From Eledone cirrhosa (lineage: Eukaryota), in assembly GCA_964016885.1 (NCBI GenBank), contig OZ024745.1, forward strand, positions 30,256,001-30,320,000: a DNA stretch of 64,000 bases, in the 5' to 3' direction. Below, piece by piece: positions 1 through 15,635 of this stretch. Position 1 is the first letter of the stretch. Each line of letters begins with the position of its first letter. The notes beneath the pieces were generated by a model. The model ran no database searches. It was not told the DNA's origin and was given only the letters and a program-made list of their open reading frames with translations. A program made the translations under genes and the position numbers.

Positions 1-56
1 ATATATATATATATATAAACACACATACACATATATGTAAATTATATTAAACATAC

Positions 57-104
57 CTTTTTCCTTTATCATCTCTTCTTTTATTGCAGCCACAGCTATG
101 GCTT
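57..104 (-). CDS. Microexon A1 (48 nt, phase 1-1), peptide EAIAVAAIKEEMIKEK
   Basis: Minus strand TTAATTTTTTTAACATCAG|AAGCCATAGC...GGAAAAAG|GTATGT; length multiple of 3; no stop; homologous to 19 other exons. Confidence 0.8.
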
Positions 105-1151
105 CTGATGTTAAAAAAATTAACACAATGTCTTACATATCATTTGAAACAACATAACACATTGACATTATATATTTCTACTACATTGTACCTGCTTTTT
201 GAAACTTATCAGTCATTTATTGCATATTTCACAGTAAGTATATTAACTATACTACTACTATATATATGAGTATATACATTGTATATATGGATTGAAAAAG
301 TAGCAGGAGAAATGAAATATTTGGAATGAATGAACAAAGAATGAAGTTTCCTCTTAAGCCACCCATGGGCAATGCAATTTCATGCCAAAAGTGTTACTTT
401 TAATATTGAGCCCAGATTGTATAACAGCTTAGAGAAAGCCATTGGAAAGATGTATATGAGACAATACAGTATAGAAAGAGAGGACAACATATACATATAT
501 CCTCTGTTATGTGGTAGTGCTGGTGCCATGAAAAATGACATCCAGTCAATCATGTAAAGTGTGAGTGCTAGTGTTATGACAAAAAACACTCAGTTCATTT
601 TGTAAAATCAAACAGTCGGAGTCATGATAAAATGCTACTGGTATACATCGTTAACTAGTTGATAGTAGGGAGGGCATCCAGCTTTAAAAACAATGTCAGA
701 TGGAACATATGAGCAAAATACAGGCATCTGATCTGCCTAACCAGCCTCAGTAGGTGGCAAGAAGTCTATCCCTTGCAAGCATAGAAAATAGACATAAAAT
801 GATAATGGTAATAATTGTTTCTACGTTTGGCACAAGGCCATCAATTATCCAGTGCATTACTGGTACTTTATTTTATCGACCTCGTAAGGATGAAAGGCAA
901 AGTCAACCTCGGCGGGATTTGAACTCAGATCGTAAAGGGACGTAACTATGCTGGAAAGCATGGCGTCCGACCCTCTACCGATACTGCCAATCCTCCGCCC
1001 TTATAATAATGGTAATAATGATGATAATGGTAATAATGATGAAGATATATATATATATATATATCATCATCATCATCATCATTTTACGTCCGTTGTTCTC
1101 TGCTTGCAAAATATATATATATATACATTATAAACATTATATTCAACATAC

Positions 1152-1202
1152 CATCTTCAGGTGTCAGCATTCCTTCTTTTTTCAAAGTAGCAATTAGGTT
1201 TT
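1152..1202 (-). CDS. Microexon B1 (51 nt), ENLIATLKKEGMLTPED
   Basis: CACATTAG|AAAACCTA...GAAGATG|GTATGT; phase 1-1, open. Confidence 0.8.
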
Positions 1203-1609
1203 CTAATGTGAAAGGAAAAAATTAACAGAATAGCTTACATTTCATTAGAAACAACATATTACATTGACTTTCCCCTCCTCATATTATATATATATATATA
1301 TATGTATAGTACCATAACTCCTGGTAGAGTTGTAAAGATGTTATAGTGACACAGCATATCTGGGGCATTTTGTTGGTTGAGCCCATCCCTTCTCTAAAGC
1401 TGAATATAACATATTCTCCCAGAGAAGAAGAGAAAGCACGAGAGAAAGGAAGTAAAAAAGAGTTATAGAGGAAGGATCATCTCCCTTGGCAAGATGAAAA
1501 GAAAAGTTGACTTCAGCAGGATTTGGACTCACTACTCATTTGAGTTGGAAGAAGAAATCCTGCTAAGCCTATCGAATGTTCCAACAACTGCCAATTTATG
1601 GCCTATGTT

Positions 1610-1670
<61 letters not shown>

Positions 1671-1868
1671 CATTATATTAATAAATGGAAACTATATTTC
1701 ATCATCATCATCATCATCATCATCGTTTAATGTCAACTTTCCACGCTAGCATGGGTTTAGATGGTAATTGTCCCACTTGAGGCAAGATTGATCGTCTCGC
1801 CTCGTATAGGACTGTCTGGCAGGTTTTCTACGGTTGGATGCCCTTGCTAACACCAACCACGTTTACTT

Positions 1869-1934
1869 TATTTTATTATATATATTTCAAGGGCAACCAA
1901 GGCAAATTATGGTGTGCTTTCATCAGATAAAATA
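1869..1934 (-). ncRNA. Minimal type I hammerhead ribozyme (PLE-type)
   Basis: TATTTTAT-CTGATGA-stem II-GAAA-TATATATA-ATAAAATA. Confidence 0.6.
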
Positions 1935-2022
1935 CACATTTGTTTTATATATAAATATTGACATATCAGTCATAAAAATGTTTAAGCTTGTTGAATCCCA
2001 ACAAATTAAATATAACCTCTGC

Positions 2023-2407
<385 letters not shown>

Positions 2408-2461
2408 TAAAAAAATAATGAATAAAACAATGAAACAGTTCCTTATATTAAACAAAAAAAG

Positions 2462-2615
2462 TTCATTATTTAACGATCGTTTCTGGGATATATATGTGTT
2501 AGAATTGGCATGTATATTTAACAGATCTATGTACAAAATTATACAAAATTATACAAACTATCAAAATTAAATATACATACCAACTCATATATATGCCGTC
2601 TTCAGAAATAATGAA
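2462..2615 (-). ncRNA. Type I hammerhead ribozyme with long stem II
   Basis: Inverted copy of 7747-7900. Confidence 0.75.
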
Positions 2616-3199
2616 ATAAATTTATTGATAATAACAACAATTCAAAATTACAGGTCTGTTTGGGAACAGAGTTCAAATTGACCAATGGAAACACAAAAAG
2701 TTTATACAGTTAGGTGTGTGTATATATGTAAGTAACTTCGTTCACAGATATGCATAAAAATATATGTTCACATGCATACGCATGCCGAAAAGATGTATGT
2801 AAATACAAAAATTCAGGGCTAATGTCTCTGTATGTTTATAATCTACAGATAAAATACATATACGCATATAAACACATAAATATAAAAATAAATATATACA
2901 AATTCATATACATACATTCACACACACACGCGCATATACGCATAAACATACACACAACCACGAACATACATACACACACACACTCACACACACATATATG
3001 TGTATATACTATTATCATAAGCATATGGACATTAATGCGCGCACATAAACACTGCCACACATATTTAGATCCAGATACAGAAAGTAGGTGGGGGGGGGGG
3101 GGAAGAGGTCAGTAATTACTGGTGTCAGCAAACTGCCTATTTATAAATGTATCTATAAATTTAGAAATAAAAGGAAAAAGAAAAAAGAAAAATATTAAG

Positions 3200-3254
<55 letters not shown>

Positions 3255-3280
3255 AAGTAAAATATAAAATATACATCGAT

Positions 3281-3361
<81 letters not shown>

Positions 3362-3499
3362 CATATACATACACATATACATAAACACATACATACACAT
3401 ACATATACATACACACACCATATATATACACATATACACACGCGCATACATATAGAGACACATACATATACACATATAAATACATAGACATATACATAT

Positions 3500-3538
<39 letters not shown>

Positions 3539-3675
3539 CATATATACATACATTCACAACACACGTATATATATATATATATAAAATATTAAAAAATATA
3601 TATTATATATATATATACACACATACATAAATACACTCATGCATATACACATATACACATACATACCCACACATA

Positions 3676-3707
<32 letters not shown>

Positions 3708-3708
3708 C

Positions 3709-3759
<51 letters not shown>

Positions 3760-4191
3760 CACACACACATGTACACATACACATATACACAAAGATATAT
3801 ATATATATACACACACGCATATTATAAATATATATATATATATACATATATACATATATATATATATATACACACATATATATACATACATACATATATA
3901 TACTCATACATAGACATACATATATACACACACACATACACACATACATATACGCATATATACACATACATACACATCCATGTATGCGTATACACATACA
4001 AACACAACCACATGCTCACACAACTCAGACATACATAAATAAAGGGATATACATACACATATATACATATATACATATATAAATAGAGATATATATACAC
4101 ATATAAATATATACACACATACACACACACACATATATACATACACATACATACATACATACATATACATACACACACACATATATACATA

Positions 4192-4223
<32 letters not shown>

Positions 4224-4304
4224 CATATATATAAAAATAAAGAAATAAAAAAATAAAAGAAATAAATAAATTAATTAATTAATACACCCAGTCAGACAAA
4301 TATG

Positions 4305-4352
<48 letters not shown>

Positions 4353-4426
4353 TATATATACATATATATATATATATATACATACATATACATACATATA
4401 TATATATACACATACACACATCAACT

Positions 4427-4463
<37 letters not shown>

Positions 4464-4466
4464 TAT

Positions 4467-4553
4467 ATGTAGGTAGATATGTATGTTTGGGTGTTTGTAT
4501 GTGAGTATAAAAATACATATGTGCGCATGTAAATAAGGGTGTATGATTGTATG

Positions 4554-4604
<51 letters not shown>

Positions 4605-4865
4605 CTATGTATTTATGTGGGCATATGTGTGTATGTATATGTATGCGCATGTATACGTCTATGTGTATATGTGTGTATGTGTATATATGTACGTATATGT
4701 GCATGTATATGTGAGTGTGTGTATATATATATATATATATACACACACTCACATATACATGCACATATACGTACATATATACACATACACACATATACAC
4801 ATAGACGTATACATGCGCATACATATACATACACACATATGCCCACATAAATACATAGATACATA

Positions 4866-4905
<40 letters not shown>

Positions 4906-4993
4906 CATACAATCATACACCCTTATTTACATGCGCACATATGTATTTTTATACTCACATACAAACACCCAAACATACATATCTACCTACATA
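4467..4993. repeat. ~520-bp near-perfect palindrome centred on (TA)n at ~4733
   Basis: GTAGGTAGATATGTATGTTTGGG... / ...CCCAAACATACATATCTACCTAC. Confidence 0.85.
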
Positions 4994-5564
4994 TACATAC
5001 ATACATCCACGCTTACAAATACAAATAATAATAGGGGGGGGGGATTATAGTAAATATAGGTCTCAAGAAACATAGAATATTAATCAGCATTTAGATCATA
5101 ATATGTGTTTACATAGTAGTTTCAGTATTAGGAAATGTAAGAAAGAAGGCAAAATTATGCATTTTAATATAAGTAGACTATTAATTATAGGTTAACTAAA
5201 TTAAAGATAGTTAATATATTGATTTCTAAGGTGTATACTACTTAGGTTTATAATATTTGAAGCGGAATTTTGAAGTTAAATAGTAGTAGAGTATTAATTA
5301 TAGTATAACTAAATCAAAATTATTAACGTTATGGTATCAATATTAGGAAATGAATTTAGTAATAGGGAAAAAAACCAAATAAAGTATTACATCGGTAGTA
5401 GAATATAAATTATAGGTTAACTAAATTAAAAATTATATATTAATTTCTATAGTATATGTTAATTAGGTTTATAATAATTAAAACAGATATTGTATTTTAT
5501 CTATAGTAGAATATAATTATAGGTAAACAAAAATTAAAATTAATATATACACACATATATATTC

Positions 5565-5627
<63 letters not shown>

Positions 5628-6587
5628 CATATATATATACATATTTTTTCAGAAATTGCAAAGAATATATTAACTAGGTATACATCTAAAACCTATCTCA
5701 GTCTATGATTACATGACACTCTGCAATCCATCTGTATTAGGATTTTAATTTTAAGCCAACTAAATTAAATTTTTAGGTTAACCAAATTAAAACCAAATTA
5801 TAAATATATTTCTAAATTGTACATTAATTAGGTCTATAATATTAAAAAATATTTCTCTGTCATTGAATACACGATATTTTGTTATATTTTATCTGTAAAG
5901 GAATTTTAATAAAAGGTTAAATAAATTAAAATTAATCTATAAATTAATTTACAAAGTATATATTAGTAATATTTAAAAGTTTTTCACAATTTATGATTAC
6001 ACAATATTTTATAATCTCATCTGTAGTAGAATTTTAATTAAATTAAATTTATAGGTTAACTAACATTTAAATTAAATTATATATTAATATCTAAAATAAT
6101 GTTATTAATTAGGTTTATAATATTTAAATGTTTTTCTTAGTTTATGATTACACGATATAATTAATTCCTGTCGTTTATTTAATAGGATATCCTTAGATTT
6201 CATTATTTCAAATAGTTCTTGGGAACATAATCTACATTCATTTCTATTATTTTGATAAGGGGTGGCTCTTTTGAGCACACTCCAGGTCATATCATATTCT
6301 ATATTCTTATTTTTATAACTATTGATTTTTTCTGCTAGAGATGTTGTATTAGCCAGTGCAGCATTTTTAAAACTATGTTTGTGGGTATTAAACCTTACCT
6401 TAAAATTGTTAGAAGTAGCTCCTATATATGAGCAAATAGAATCTTTAGTTTTAACATTACATTTATAAACTATGTTGTTAACAAGACAATTTCCTTTTAA
6501 TGGGCAGTTTGCTTTGTTTCTACAGTTACAACCTTTCGTATATATATATATATCTTTGTGTATATGTGTATGTGTACATGTGTGTGT

Positions 6588-6651
<64 letters not shown>

Positions 6652-6652
6652 G

Positions 6653-6722
<70 letters not shown>

Positions 6723-6764
6723 GGTATGTATGTGTATATGTGTATATGCATGAGTGTATTTATG

Positions 6765-6809
<45 letters not shown>

Positions 6810-6828
6810 TGTGAATGTATGTATATAT

Positions 6829-6868
<40 letters not shown>

Positions 6869-7039
6869 ATATATATATATGTCTATGTATTTATATGTGT
6901 ATATGTATGTGTCTCTATATGTATGCGCGTGTGTATATGTGTATGTGTATATATATGGTGTGTGTATGTGTATATATATGGTGTGTGTATGTATATGTAT
7001 GTGTATGTATGTGTTTATGTATATGTGTATGTATATGCA

Positions 7040-7090
<51 letters not shown>

Positions 7091-7116
7091 ATCGATGTAT
7101 ATTTTATATTTTACTT

Positions 7117-7153
<37 letters not shown>

Positions 7154-7746
7154 CTTAATATTTTTCTTTTTTCTTTTTCTTTTTATTTCTAAATTTATAG
7201 ATACATTTATAAATAGGCAGTTTTCTGACACCAGTAAATACTGACCTCTTCCCCCCCCCCACCTACTTTCTGTATCTGGATCTAAATATGTGTGGCAGTG
7301 TTTATGTGCGCGCATTAATGTCCATATGCTTATGATAATAGTATATACACATATATGTGTGTTTGAGTGTGTGTGTGTATGTATGTTCGTGGTTGTGTGT
7401 ATGTTTATGCGTATATGCGCGTGTGTGTGTGAATGTATGTATATGTGTGAGTATATGAATGTGTATATATTTATTTTTATATTTATGTGTTTATATGCGT
7501 ATATGTATTTTATCTGTAGATTATAAACATACAGAGACATTAGCCCTGAATCTTTGTATTTACATACATCTTTTCGGCATGCGTATGCATGTGAACATAT
7601 ACTTTTATGCATATCTGTGAACGAAGTTACTTACATATATACACACACCTAACTGTATAAACTTTTTGTGTTTCCATTGGTCAATTTGAACTCTGTTCCC
7701 AAACAGACCTGTAATTTTGAATTGTTGTTATTATCAATAAATATAT

Positions 7747-7900
7747 TTCATTATTTCTGAAGACGGCATATATATGAGTTGGTATGTATATTTAATTTTG
7801 ATAGTTTGTATAATTTTGTATAATTTTGTACATAGATCTGTTAAATATACATGCCAATTCTAACACATATATATCCCAGAAACGATCGTTAAATAATGAA
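7747..7900 (+). ncRNA. Type I hammerhead ribozyme with long stem II
   Basis: 10-bp stem I TTCATTATTT/AAATAATGAA, CTGAAGA, ~115-nt stem II hairpin, GAAA-CGATCG-TT (palindromic stem III, GUU site). Confidence 0.75.
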
Positions 7901-8099
7901 CTTTTTTTGTTTAATATAAGGAACTGTTTCATTGTTTTATTCATTATTTTTTTAATATTTTATCTTGACTCTGTATTCCGTTTATCTTTCACCGAAAGTG
8001 ATTTTTCATTGCATCTCTTCTTTCCATGATATCCGGATTACATTGAGTTCTTCATACGGATTGGACACTACCGTAAACTCTTGGTAGATTTATCTACAT

Positions 8100-8134
<35 letters not shown>

Positions 8135-8139
8135 GTATA

Positions 8140-9795
<1,656 letters not shown>

Positions 9796-9825
9796 ATATA
9801 TATATATATATATACATATATATAT

Positions 9826-10205
9826 ACAATTACACCTCTCAAAGGCGATGACACATGACTGTGACCTCTGGCGTCACGCAGTAATATAGAAGACCCGACA
9901 CCCCACGGGTACAAGCCGAAGCTGAGGCATATAGACAATATGCCCCCACACCCTCCCATGGCAAAAAAGCATCCAGCCCACACTGTAAAGTGGACGTGTA
10001 GGCACCATGGAAAAAAGTATCCAGCAATCACTGTAAATGAGATTGGTGTTAGGAAGGGCATCCCGCTGTAGAAATGAAGTGAGAATCAGTTCCCATATGA
10101 GCAAGACAAGCTCAACCGACTGGACACTGCCCACAACAGGACAACCTGTCTAACCCATGCTAGCATGGAAGAACGGACGTAAAACGGTGATGATGATGAT
10201 GATGA
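9826..10205 (+). mobile_element. RTE 3' end fragment (paralogs at 27373-27745 and, partially, 60001-60129)
   Basis: Shared RTE 3' UTR core GGAAGGGCATCC and (GAT)n tail. Confidence 0.8.
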
Positions 10206-10820
10206 TATATATATATATATATATATATGGAAAACCTTGGATTGGAAGACTCAGGAAAACCTGGGATTAATTTATAAAAGCTGACCATGCCCAATTGCAC
10301 CTCTCAAAGACGATGACATTGGACCAAGACCTCTGGTGTTATTCCGGTGGATGGCTAATAGTAATATACGTAAACAGCAAAGTATAAACAAACAGAGAGA
10401 AACTAAGCATAGGAATTAGTTGCAGAGTGCAGGAGAGGAGATTGTGTTAGTATGGGCATGTGATGTGTATGAAGGATGACAGGTGTATAAAAAGGTGCAG
10501 AGTGCTCAAAGTCAATGAAAGACTTAGAGCAGGGAGACCGAGGAAGACTTGGGATGAGGTGATACAAGCTGACCTTCCCTAATTGCACCTCTTAAAGATG
10601 ACACAGGAGCAACATAATAGTCGTTATGCAATAATACAGACGACCCCCCTTCCCACAGACTGAAGCTGAAGTATATATATAGTATGAATATAGAGAGAAT
10701 ATTTTTTGTGTCTATCTTGTTTGTACTCCCATAAAGAGAGTTTTTCTCAATTATAATATGATATATATATATATATATACGATATTAAACAAATGGAAAC
10801 TATATTTATAAAACCATATT

Positions 10821-10886
10821 TATTTCATTATACATATTTCAGGGATACCATATTAAAAATATGGCATGCCTTCTTCAGATAAAATA
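10821..10886 (-). ncRNA. Minimal hammerhead ribozyme
   Basis: Inverted copy of 11038-11103. Confidence 0.7.
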
Positions 10887-11037
10887 CAATATATAAACAG
10901 TTTTATAAATAATTTTGATGTACCATAAATATTGAGCAGCCGTTATGTAAGAAGCCGGTTTGGTACCGGCTTCTTACATAACGGTTGCTCAATATTTATG
11001 GTACGTCAAAATTATTTATAAAACTGTTTATATATTG

Positions 11038-11103
11038 TATTTTATCTGAAGAAGGCATGCCATATTTTTAATATGGTATCCCTGAAATATGTATAATGAA
11101 ATA
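11038..11103 (+). ncRNA. Minimal hammerhead ribozyme
   Basis: TATTTTAT-CTGAAGA-AGGCATGCCATATT/AATATGGTATCCCT-GAAA-TATGTATA-ATGAAATA. Confidence 0.7.
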
Positions 11104-11233
11104 AATATGGTTTTATAAATATAGTTTCCATTTGTTTAATATTGTATATCTACCCCAAAACTTGTCGAGTGCTTTATATCAGTTATAAAATATTTACTTG
11201 TTGTAACCCAACAATTTTAAATAAAACTTTTGC

Positions 11234-11266
<33 letters not shown>

Positions 11267-11458
11267 GTTTCTGAATTTGTTTAGCAGGATTCTTTATCTG
11301 AAAACGTGTGTTGAAACTGGTATTGTTATTCTTTGGGAGGGTCATGTGGCCAATAAGAAACACATGCACCAGTTGCTTTCACTTCAATTTATTATAATAA
11401 ATTTAGGAATTTATAAATTTCCAGTTGGTTGGTTCCAAACCAGATGTTTTTATATATT

Positions 11459-11501
11459 GTCAAAGTTCTTTCGTCACACATTCTGTGACCTCTTCAGTGA
11501 C
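11459..11501 (-). ncRNA. Candidate minimal hammerhead ribozyme
   Basis: GTCA-CTGAAGA-GGTCAC..GTGAC-GAAA-GAACTT-TGAC. Confidence 0.5.
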
Positions 11502-12968
11502 TGGGGATTATTTTCTTTGTTTTTGTGCCTCTCCTTTGTTCTGTCCTATGCCATCTTGTTTTGTAACCAACCAACCAACCAACCGAAAATTTTTAAATTC
11601 CTAAATTTATAAATTTATTATAATAAATTGAAGTGAAAGCAACTGGTGCGTGTGTTTCTTATTGGCAACCTGACCCTCCCAAATTATAACTATATATATA
11701 TATATATATATATAAATATATATATATATATTTTACAGGAACGATCGACTTTCGTCAAATCGGACCGAGGGAACAATGTTTCCGTTGGTCTTTCCAATTG
11801 CTAATACTATCTATCGGTCGCAACTCCAGGTAGAAGGAGCAACGTGAAATAAAGTGTCTTGCTCAAGGACATAATGCATCGCCTGGTCCAGGAATCGAAC
11901 TCACAACCTTACGATTGCGAATCATATATATATATATATATTATATTATATATATATATACATATATTTATATATGTAATTATTATTGGTGGATTGCCAG
12001 TATCGGTAGAGGGTCGGACACCATGTTTTGCAGAATTGAGTTACGGTCCTTTGCCGTCTGGGTTCAAATCCCGCCGAGGTTAACTTTGCCTTTCATCCTT
12101 ACGGGGTCGATAAAATAAAGTACCAGTAATGTACTGGGTAATTAATGACCTTGTGCCAAAAGTAGAAACAATTATTATCATTGTTATTAAAGACATGTTT
12201 CTTAAGAGTTAGAGAGTTGAATTCACAATTGTGAGTATGATATGTTGTGTTCTTGGGTGAAATATTTTAATTCATGTTGCTCCAGTTCACTCATTTGTAG
12301 AAATTAGTTGCAATGTCACTAGTGCCAACATGTATTGGCCTTTGCCTTTCTCTTGGACAACATTGGTGGAATGGAGAGGGGAGACTTATATGCATGGGCA
12401 ATTGTTTGTCTTCCATATAAACACCATACCCAGGATGGGTCCTTGGAGGAGAAGTTTCTAGGTACAAATCCTATAGTCATTCATGATAGAAGGGGCTCTT
12501 TACCCTTTTTATATATCTATGTATGCATATAGTAAATTTCACAAGAAAAGTAGGAAATATGCAGGATGAATGTCTTCCTCTCCAGCCATCGCCTGGGCAA
12601 TGCAATTTCGTACCAAAGGTTGGTATTGCATAATATTGAGATATATAGGTTGCACTGCATATGAGACAACACAACATAGACAAAGAGGAGAACATAAATA
12701 TATATGTATATATAAACCACAATTGAATATATAATTGTCCCTCATTAGACAATAGTGATCTGTAGATAGTTACACACATCTGTAAACAAACCTATATATT
12801 TACAACCACACATAAACACTACAAGTGAAAAGGAAAAATATCATAACCTGAAGGAAACCTCTACAAACCTTTTCCTTTCTTTCTCCCCTTCCCTTTTTTT
12901 CCTTGAAACCCTGCAGAAACCAATTCTTTAGGGCAAACTTTTCTCCCCTCACCACAAGGATTCCTTTC

Positions 12969-12969
<1 letters not shown>

Positions 12970-13000
<31 letters not shown>

Positions 13001-13760
13001 ACGTTTAACGTCCGTGTTCCACGCTTGCATGGGTTTGGACGGGGGTTTTCCCACTTGAGGCAAGAATGATTGTCTTGCTCGCATAAGACTGTCTGGCGGG
13101 TTTTCTACAGCTGGATGCCCTTCCTAACACCAACCACATTTACAGTGTGGGGCTGGGAGGTTTTTACCGTGTTGCCTACATGGCCACATTACAGCGTGGA
13201 CTGTCTGGCAGGTTTTCTACAGCTGGATGCCCTTCCTAACACCAACCACATTTACAGTGTGGGGCTGGGAGGTTTTTACCGTGTTGCCTACACGGCCACA
13301 TTACTGCGTGGACTGTGTGTTTTTTTGTCATGACACCTACACGATCTCATTTGTTTCGACCTGGATCTTGTGGCACCAAGATAACTTTACATTGAAGGGG
13401 CGGTGTGGATGGGGTGGGGTGGTGGGACGGGGGTGTATTTTGTTAGAGATGCCTACTGGCTGTAGTAGGTTTTACTTTGTATTTAGGTAAGGCGGGTCTT
13501 CTCTATTATTGAGTACCGCCAAAGGTCTCGGTCCAATGACATTGTCTTGGAGAGGTGTAAGTGTGTGAGGTCAGAATTTATCAGCTCGTCCCAGCTTTTT
13601 CTGGGTCTGCCTACTCCGTAGCTACCGTCTATCTTTATTGCCCTGCACTTTGTTATACAGCTGTCGTCTTTCATGCGCATCACGTGACCATACCAACGTA
13701 GCCTTCTCTCGAGTAAACAACATCTGATCCCTCTTATTTCTAATTTTTTCCTTAGTTCGC
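12970..13760 (-). mobile_element. RTE 3' fragment, unit-1 specific
   Basis: [15 protein letters not shown]...GRPRKSW; absent at the paralogous site ~30498. Confidence 0.85.
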
Positions 13761-14514
13761 ATATGCTTGTTTATACATATTTATATTTTAGTTCCTTTCT
13801 TTCTTTTCTTGCCTTTATCTACAAACCCTAAAAACATACATGATAGAAACCTACATACATACACAGGTACACACCACAAGACAAAAGAAAAGCTGTTTAT
13901 CCCCTCTTAGATATTTTTAGTTATTTTTACAAATCCTGAAAATAACATGACTTTTTGACACATTAAACCCCACCTAAATGCACACTCACACTCACACTCA
14001 CACATTAGAGAACAAAGAATTACCATCTAGACCATTTTTATGAATAGAAAAGGAATTTTCTATTTAAACCAAGAGAATTTTCTAGTGAATCAATTGGATC
14101 CTGATCTGTGGAACCCCACTTCCTTGATCACAACTCCACTTTCACAAAGAACATTTATATATGAAATTTTGACAATAGATTCACATATGTTCCAACTGCC
14201 CACAAAATATGAGAACAAACCTTTTATTTATTTTATGACAAAATTGACATTTCAATCAAAACCAGTAATATTTGACAAAATTTAAATGTAAAAATTATAA
14301 AAATATTCATTTTGTCAGATTAAAATGTTAATGCTGGTACCATGATAAAAAAGCATTTGACTTTAAAAACAATGCCAGAATGGAATCTATGAGCAAAAAA
14401 CAGTCATCTGATCTTCTTAACCAGCCTGAGAAGGTGACAACTAACACATTTAAGTGTATAAAAATAGACATAAAATGATAATGATAATAATAAGGATATA
14501 TATATATAATATGG

Positions 14515-14549
<35 letters not shown>

Positions 14550-14574
14550 AATATATAAATTATATTAAACATAC

Positions 14575-14625
14575 CATCTTCAGGTGGCAGTTCTACTTTT
14601 TCCCTTGAAGCAGCAAGTTTTATTC
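14575..14625 (-). CDS. Microexon C1 (51 nt), GIKLAASREKVELPPED
   Basis: CCTTAG|GAATAAAA...GAAGATG|GTATGT; phase 1-1, open. Confidence 0.8.
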
Positions 14626-15635
14626 CTAAGGATAAATCAACAAAATGGCTTAAATATCATTTGACACAACATTTACATTGACTTTAGCCCTTCATTTTAT
14701 TATGTATATTCATGTTCCAACTGCCCACAAAATATGAGAACAAACCTTTTATTTATTATTGTGATTTGCCTTTCATCTTTATGGGGTTGATAAATTAAAG
14801 TTCCATTGATGCACTGGGGTCAATTTCATCGACATTCTATTCCCCCAAATTTATTTGGTCTTGTGTCTAAATCTGAAACCATTATGTATGGACCCCTAAC
14901 TCCTGATAGAGTCATAGAGACACTAAAGTAAGTTACAGAGTTTCTTGGGCATTTTGTTTAGATCTGGTGGAGCCCAACCCCTCTCCAGGTCTGAATAAAT
15001 TTAATTTCTTCCAGAGAAAGAGAAGAATGATAGAGAGGAAGTGAGAAAGAGGTATTGAGAAAATCAACACTAGTATTATACAAATACTATTTTTATCAAC
15101 TGCAAAATGATGCATGGCTGAGTAGACCCTGGTATGATTTGAACTTAGATCATAGAGAACCAGAAGAAATCCTGCAAACTATTCTATCCAACATTCTAAC
15201 AACTCTGCCAATTTGCTGCCTTTGTTACGCTTATTATTAAAAATAAAAATCTTTAAATATATTTTTAAATCTGTGCTTCTCGATTCTTATTTTTTGCCAA
15301 TATTCATACCTTACAGTACTGACATAGTGGGTGGGTTTTTTTACAACCCCTTCCTCCCTGTGCACTCTTCACCACTATAGTATATCAAATTTTACTGGAA
15401 ACATTATTTAGGGTACAAAAGACTTAGTGAAGGGTTGTGGCTACTACTGACTCAGGTATGGGGGATGCCTAGATACATTTGTGTGACAAATAAACAACAG
15501 AATATAAAACATGTAAGAGCTTGACATACATGTAAATCCCCAGAGAATCACCAAACAGTTGGGTGGCCCTCCTACCCCTAAAACCCAGGAAAAGAAAAGA
15601 CAGCCTTGCAGCTTTCTTCCCATCAAGCACGAGAC

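Noticed and set aside
372-589. Small ORFs recurring in all three units (372/26346/53950)
   Set aside because: Recurrence reflects the segmental duplication; the unit-2 copy carries frame-disrupting indels
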